DNA of 64,000 bases from Armatimonadota bacterium (lineage in GTDB: Bacteria; Armatimonadota; Fimbriimonadia; Fimbriimonadales; GBS-DC). The notes under the pieces were generated by a model. The model saw nothing but the letters and a program-made list of their open reading frames with translations, was not told the origin of the DNA and made no database searches. Of this stretch, positions 60,624 to 64,000 are shown piece by piece. Position numbers and translations under genes: made by a program. Within the stretch, counting starts at the first letter, position 1; each line of letters starts with the position of its first letter. The stretch is from positions 1 through 64,000 of the forward strand of contig JBBIJY010000009.1 of the NCBI GenBank assembly GCA_037445735.1. Reading direction: 5' to 3'.

Positions 60624-60657
60624 ATAGAACCCCCATCGGGATGGTTGTATGGGAACT

Positions 60658-60870
60658 TTATGCTGCCTTGCGTTCCAGCACATTCACATTCACGATGCGG
60701 TCGAGCCGAATCTCGCCGTAATCGGTGATCAGGCACAGCCCGTAGAGGGGCACGAAGGTCACATCGGTCACGAACACCTGCTTCGTCTGTATCTCCCCGT
60801 GGCGGTTGCGCCATGCCACCTCGCAGGTGGTACCAACATACTGCTGGGCTTCCTTGAAGCTCATCGTCAC
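60658..60870 (-). CDS. Small hypothetical beta-rich protein
   Basis: GGGAGG RBS, typical codon usage, 70 aa. Confidence 0.6.
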   Translation of the reverse strand: MTMSFKEAQQYVGTTCEVAWRNRHGEIQTKQVFVTDVTFVPLYGLCLITDYGEIRLDRIVNVNVLERKAA

Positions 60871-60953
60871 AGCCTCCCCTGAAAGTGATATGCTATGGGG
60901 GATTCTGCCGCGCCGATGGGCAACTCTTTTCGGTCAAAATACGGGTTTTGGGG

Positions 60954-61976
60954 TTATCGTCCGACCTTTTTCTCCAGCTCGTCCACGCGCTTGACCAGTT
61001 CGGGCAGTTTATAAAGATGCGCCAGGATCTGCAGCCATTCGCGGTGGGCAATCGCGGGTGTGCCCCAGTAGACTCCGTTCGGGGGCAGATTTTTGGACAC
61101 ACCGCCCTGTGCGCCCACCACCGCGCCGCGCCCGATGCGCACATGGTCCTTCACACCCACCTGCCCCGCCAGCACCACATGGTCTTCCAGCACCGTGCTG
61201 CCCGCAATCCCCACCTGCGACACCAGCAGGCAATGCTCGCCAATCTCCACATTGTGCGCAACCTGAACCAGATTATCGATTTTGGTGCCGCGTCCGACGC
61301 GGGTTGCCCCGGTCGTTGCCCGATCGATGCAGGTGTTGCAGCCGATTTCCACCTCGTCCTCAATAATCACTGTGCCAATCTGCGGGATTTTGTGGTGGAC
61401 GCCCTCGTGCTGCACATAGCCGAAGCCATCGCCACCGATGACGGCGCCCGGGTGGACAATCACGCGCTGACCAATCTGCACGCGCGGCATCACCACCACA
61501 TGCGGGTACAGCACCGTGTCGTCGCCAATCTGCACATCGTCGCCGATATAACAGAAGGGATAGACCTGCACGCGCGCACCGAGTCGCACGCGATTGCCCA
61601 GCACCACATAGGGCATCAGCGCCACTTCGTCGCCCAGCTCGCAATCGTCGCCCATCACGACCGTCGGGTGAACGCCGGGCGCGGGGGTCTCAAACGGGCT
61701 GAAGAGGGTCAGCAGCTGGGCAAATGCCAGTCGTGGCAGGGGATGGAGCAGCAGGCTCTTCTCACAACGCAGGTTCTCCACCAGGTTCGGGCGGGTTATA
61801 ATCGCGGCGGCAGGCGACTGGAGCGCAAGACGCAGGTTACGCTCATCTTCCGCAAAGGTCAAGCCGCCGTCCGCCACATCGGATAGCCCGCCGATGCCCG
61901 TAATCATCAGGTCGGGATCGCCCCGCACCACGCCGCGCACATGTTCTGCCAGCTCCACCAGCCGATAGCGTGCCAT
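60954..61976 (-). CDS. lpxD: UDP-3-O-acylglucosamine N-acyltransferase
   Basis: Hexapeptide repeats, DGFGY, IPQIG, IDRA, KIDNLVQVAHNV. Confidence 0.95.
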   Translation of the reverse strand: MARYRLVELAEHVRGVVRGDPDLMITGIGGLSDVADGGLTFAEDERNLRLALQSPAAAIITRPNLVENLRCEKSLLLHPLPRLAFAQLLTLFSPFETPAPGVHPTVVMGDDCELGDEVALMPYVVLGNRVRLGARVQVYPFCYIGDDVQIGDDTVLYPHVVVMPRVQIGQRVIVHPGAVIGGDGFGYVQHEGVHHKIPQIGTVIIEDEVEIGCNTCIDRATTGATRVGRGTKIDNLVQVAHNVEIGEHCLLVSQVGIAGSTVLEDHVVLAGQVGVKDHVRIGRGAVVGAQGGVSKNLPPNGVYWGTPAIAHREWLQILAHLYKLPELVKRVDELEKKVGR

Positions 61977-62002
61977 CAGCGGGTATGATACCCCTTCGAG
62001 CC

Positions 62003-62305
62003 GTGCAAAGCCTGACGGAGCAGGTGTACGCGCTGGTGCGGCAGGTGCCAGCGGGTCGTGTGGTCAGCTATGGGCAGATTGCAGAGCAGTTTCCCCCTCT
62101 GAGTGCGCGTCAGGTCGGGCGGTGGATGGCGCTGGCGCCCGACGATGTGCCCTGGTGGCGCGTGGTGGGCGCGGACGGCACTTTGCGCATCGCCCGCCGC
62201 GACCCAATGCTGGCAAATCTCCAGCGCGCCTATTTGCAGGCGGAAGGCGTGCCGTTCGACGAGCAGGGGCGTGTCTGCATGCGGCTATGCCAGTGGGAGC
62301 TCTGA
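62003..62305 (+). CDS. Alkyltransferase-like (ATL/MGMT family) protein
   Basis: VPAGRVVSYGQIA, ARQVG, PWWRVV (Trp at the Cys position); start uncertain. Confidence 0.85.
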   Translation: MQSLTEQVYALVRQVPAGRVVSYGQIAEQFPPLSARQVGRWMALAPDDVPWWRVVGADGTLRIARRDPMLANLQRAYLQAEGVPFDEQGRVCMRLCQWEL

Positions 62306-62333
62306 AAACTTTTCCCCCTCCCGAAAGCCTTCG

Positions 62334-62361
62334 GGAGGGGGTGCATACCACGCTTAGCGTC
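62334..62361. terminator. Hairpin between convergent genes
   Basis: ccccctcccgaa-agcc-ttcgggaggggg with an adjacent T/A tract. Confidence 0.7.
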
Positions 62362-62869
62362 CACCAGAGCGAGAGAACACAGCGATATCGCCGCGTTTCA
62401 CCTCGCCTGAGTAGGTGAACACGGTGTTGCCATCCTCGTCGGTGAAAGTTACCTCCAGCGTGTCGGGGTCGCCACTGCCATCGCGCGAGCGATTATCGGC
62501 GACGCTGACCTGCACCGTGCCACGAACGCGCTCGAACCCCGTGCGCGAACGCACGGTCAGCACCGCCTGACCGCTGAAACTCGCCGTGCGATTGTCAAGG
62601 TCAACCGTCAGGTCCTCGAGGCGGAACATCAGCACCGAAACGAGCTGGGTATCCTGGCGTGTGGTCAGGCTGAACCAGCCCCCTTGCCAGGAGCGCGCAC
62701 CGAAGGTGAACTCAACCACGGTGAACGAGAAGAAGGCATTCGGTTGATCCGAGTCGGGGGCGCCAGCCGAGCCAGCGCCCGATGCGCCTTTCACGCTAAA
62801 GGTCTGTGCCAGCGCCAATGCGCTCGTCAGCACCATCAACGCGCCAAACCACACTGCTCTTCGCATCAT
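62354..62869 (-). CDS. Secreted hypothetical protein
   Basis: Signal peptide ending ALA; AAGGAGG RBS; beta-rich. Confidence 0.75.
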   Translation of the reverse strand: MMRRAVWFGALMVLTSALALAQTFSVKGASGAGSAGAPDSDQPNAFFSFTVVEFTFGARSWQGGWFSLTTRQDTQLVSVLMFRLEDLTVDLDNRTASFSGQAVLTVRSRTGFERVRGTVQVSVADNRSRDGSGDPDTLEVTFTDEDGNTVFTYSGEVKRGDIAVFSRSGGR

Positions 62870-62969
62870 CCATCCCTCCTTCGTCAGTGCTGGCTACCTC
62901 AGCGATCCATCTCGCTCATGGTAGCCTCTTTTATTATACCCTATCGAGGACAAAGAAGCCAAGGAGTGA

Positions 62970-63141
62970 GGAGGGTGTTCGAAAAATCCAACCAGCGGCA
63001 AGGATGCCCCTCACCCCTACCCCCTCCCCAGAGGGGAGAGGGAGAAAATAAACCACTCTCCCCCGCAGGCGGGGGAGAGTGTACGGGTGAGGGGGCTTCA
63101 CACAGGCAGATATGATGTCCGCGAATTTTCGAACACCCTCC
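62970..63141. mobile_element. MITE-like element: 16-bp TIRs enclosing a family A doublet
   Basis: ggagggtgttcgaaaa (62970-62985) and ttttcgaacaccctcc (63126-63141) are perfect inverted repeats. Confidence 0.7.
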
Positions 63142-63227
63142 GGGGTGAGGAAGCCACCTCTATATCCCTCTCAAGTGCGGAACAGCGGGTATAATGGGGC
63201 AGTCCAACCAGTGGAGGTGCATGCAAA

Positions 63228-64000
63228 GTGCAATGTCCGAACTGTCGGCAGCCGTTGCCAGAGAACGCGCAGTTCTGTCTGCGCTGCGGTCGCCCGCTCA
63301 CAGCCACGCTGATGAGCAGCCCGCCCGTTAGCTCCAGCAGTAGTCGCGCGCTCCGGTGGCTCGCGCTCGCGCTGGGAGTGCTGGTGCTGCTGGGGGCTGT
63401 CGCCTTCATCGGCATCCACAGCGGACTGCTCACCCGGGCGCAGGTGAAAAAGCCCGCGGGTCCCAGCGTGCTGGAGGCGGAGGCGCCCAAGCCCCCAGCG
63501 CCCAGCGTGCTGCAAGCCGAAGCGCCCAAGCCGTCGGGTCCCAGCGTGCTGCAAACCGAGACGCCCCAGCCCAAACAGGCGCCCCAGCATGTGATCAACT
63601 GGCTCGAACACCTGCGCCGTATCGAAATGAAACGCCGCACAATGGAGCGCAACTTCAATCCCGCACTGGAGATGCTTAAAGACGCACTGGCGCTCAAACT
63701 GGAACTGGACGAGGAGAAGCAACAGGAAAAAATGCAAAATCTGCAGCAGGGCTATCAGCGCTATCAGCAGGATTGGGCAGGGCTGCTGCGCGAATATCGC
63801 TCCGTGCCGCCGCCCGCTGAGTGCCGCGTGTTAGCCGACACCTACGACGCCGCACTGAGCAGCTATGTTACCTTCATGCTCCAGATCGAAGACGCCATGC
63901 AGAAGCAGGACCTCAACCGCCTGATGAATATGCGTGGCACGGCTCAATCCGATGTGGATCAGAAGCTCATTAATGCCGATGTGGAGCTGATGAAGGTGTG
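63228..64000 (+). CDS. Zinc-ribbon, single-TM protein with Pro-rich repeats (runs off window end; absent from ORF track)
   Basis: GGAGG RBS, GTG 63228: MQCPNCRQPLPENAQFCLRCG, then a TM segment and KPxxPSVLxxExP three times. Confidence 0.75.
   Translation, partial: MQCPNCRQPLPENAQFCLRCGRPLTATLMSSPPVSSSSSRALRWLALALGVLVLLGAVAFIGIHSGLLTRAQVKKPAGPSVLEAEAPKPPAPSVLQAEAPKPSGPSVLQTETPQPKQAPQHVINWLEHLRRIEMKRRTMERNFNPALEMLKDALALKLELDEEKQQEKMQNLQQGYQRYQQDWAGLLREYRSVPPPAECRVLADTYDAALSSYVTFMLQIEDAMQKQDLNRLMNMRGTAQSDVDQKLINADVELMKV

Noticed and set aside
62140-62170. MGMT lacking the catalytic Cys as a novelty
   Set aside because: The PW.RV motif defines the known alkyltransferase-like family.

Overview
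GC-rich bacterial chromosome segment. Dockerin-tailed secreted proteins, a PEP-CTERM protein, an H-X-DG protein and lpxD suggest a diderm Armatimonadota-like organism (inference). Most of the window is housekeeping genes: lnt (partial), Fe/Mn SOD, mgtA, polX, rpsF-ssb-rpsR, PGI/PMI, speE, trxA, prfB with its +1 frameshift, pyrR, ileS, xerD, mfd, tRNA-Glu, purA, cdd, an LDH-like MDH and lpxD. It also has glycosylation genes and an AT-richer block of three large secreted proteins (36.1-42.7 kb). The most striking signal is a modular palindromic repeat, CCCTCACCC-N-CCCTCTCCC..GGGAGAGGG. It forms intergenic BIME/MITE-like clusters, one of them bounded by 16-bp terminal inverted repeats. It is also inserted in frame in lnt, mfd, an LptD-like gene and probably a glycosyltransferase, where it adds Pro/Gly/Ser/Glu-rich peptides. 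Mfd carries a second in-frame palindrome from an unrelated family. Other candidates: a shared C-terminal dockerin-like FGxxC tag on three unrelated secreted proteins; an SOD with an apparent Tat-exported and cytoplasmic dual start; a clostripain homologue with Cys-to-Ser at the nucleophile; and widespread GG-extended -10 promoters, several apparently leaderless. No CRISPR array, transposase or prophage was seen.
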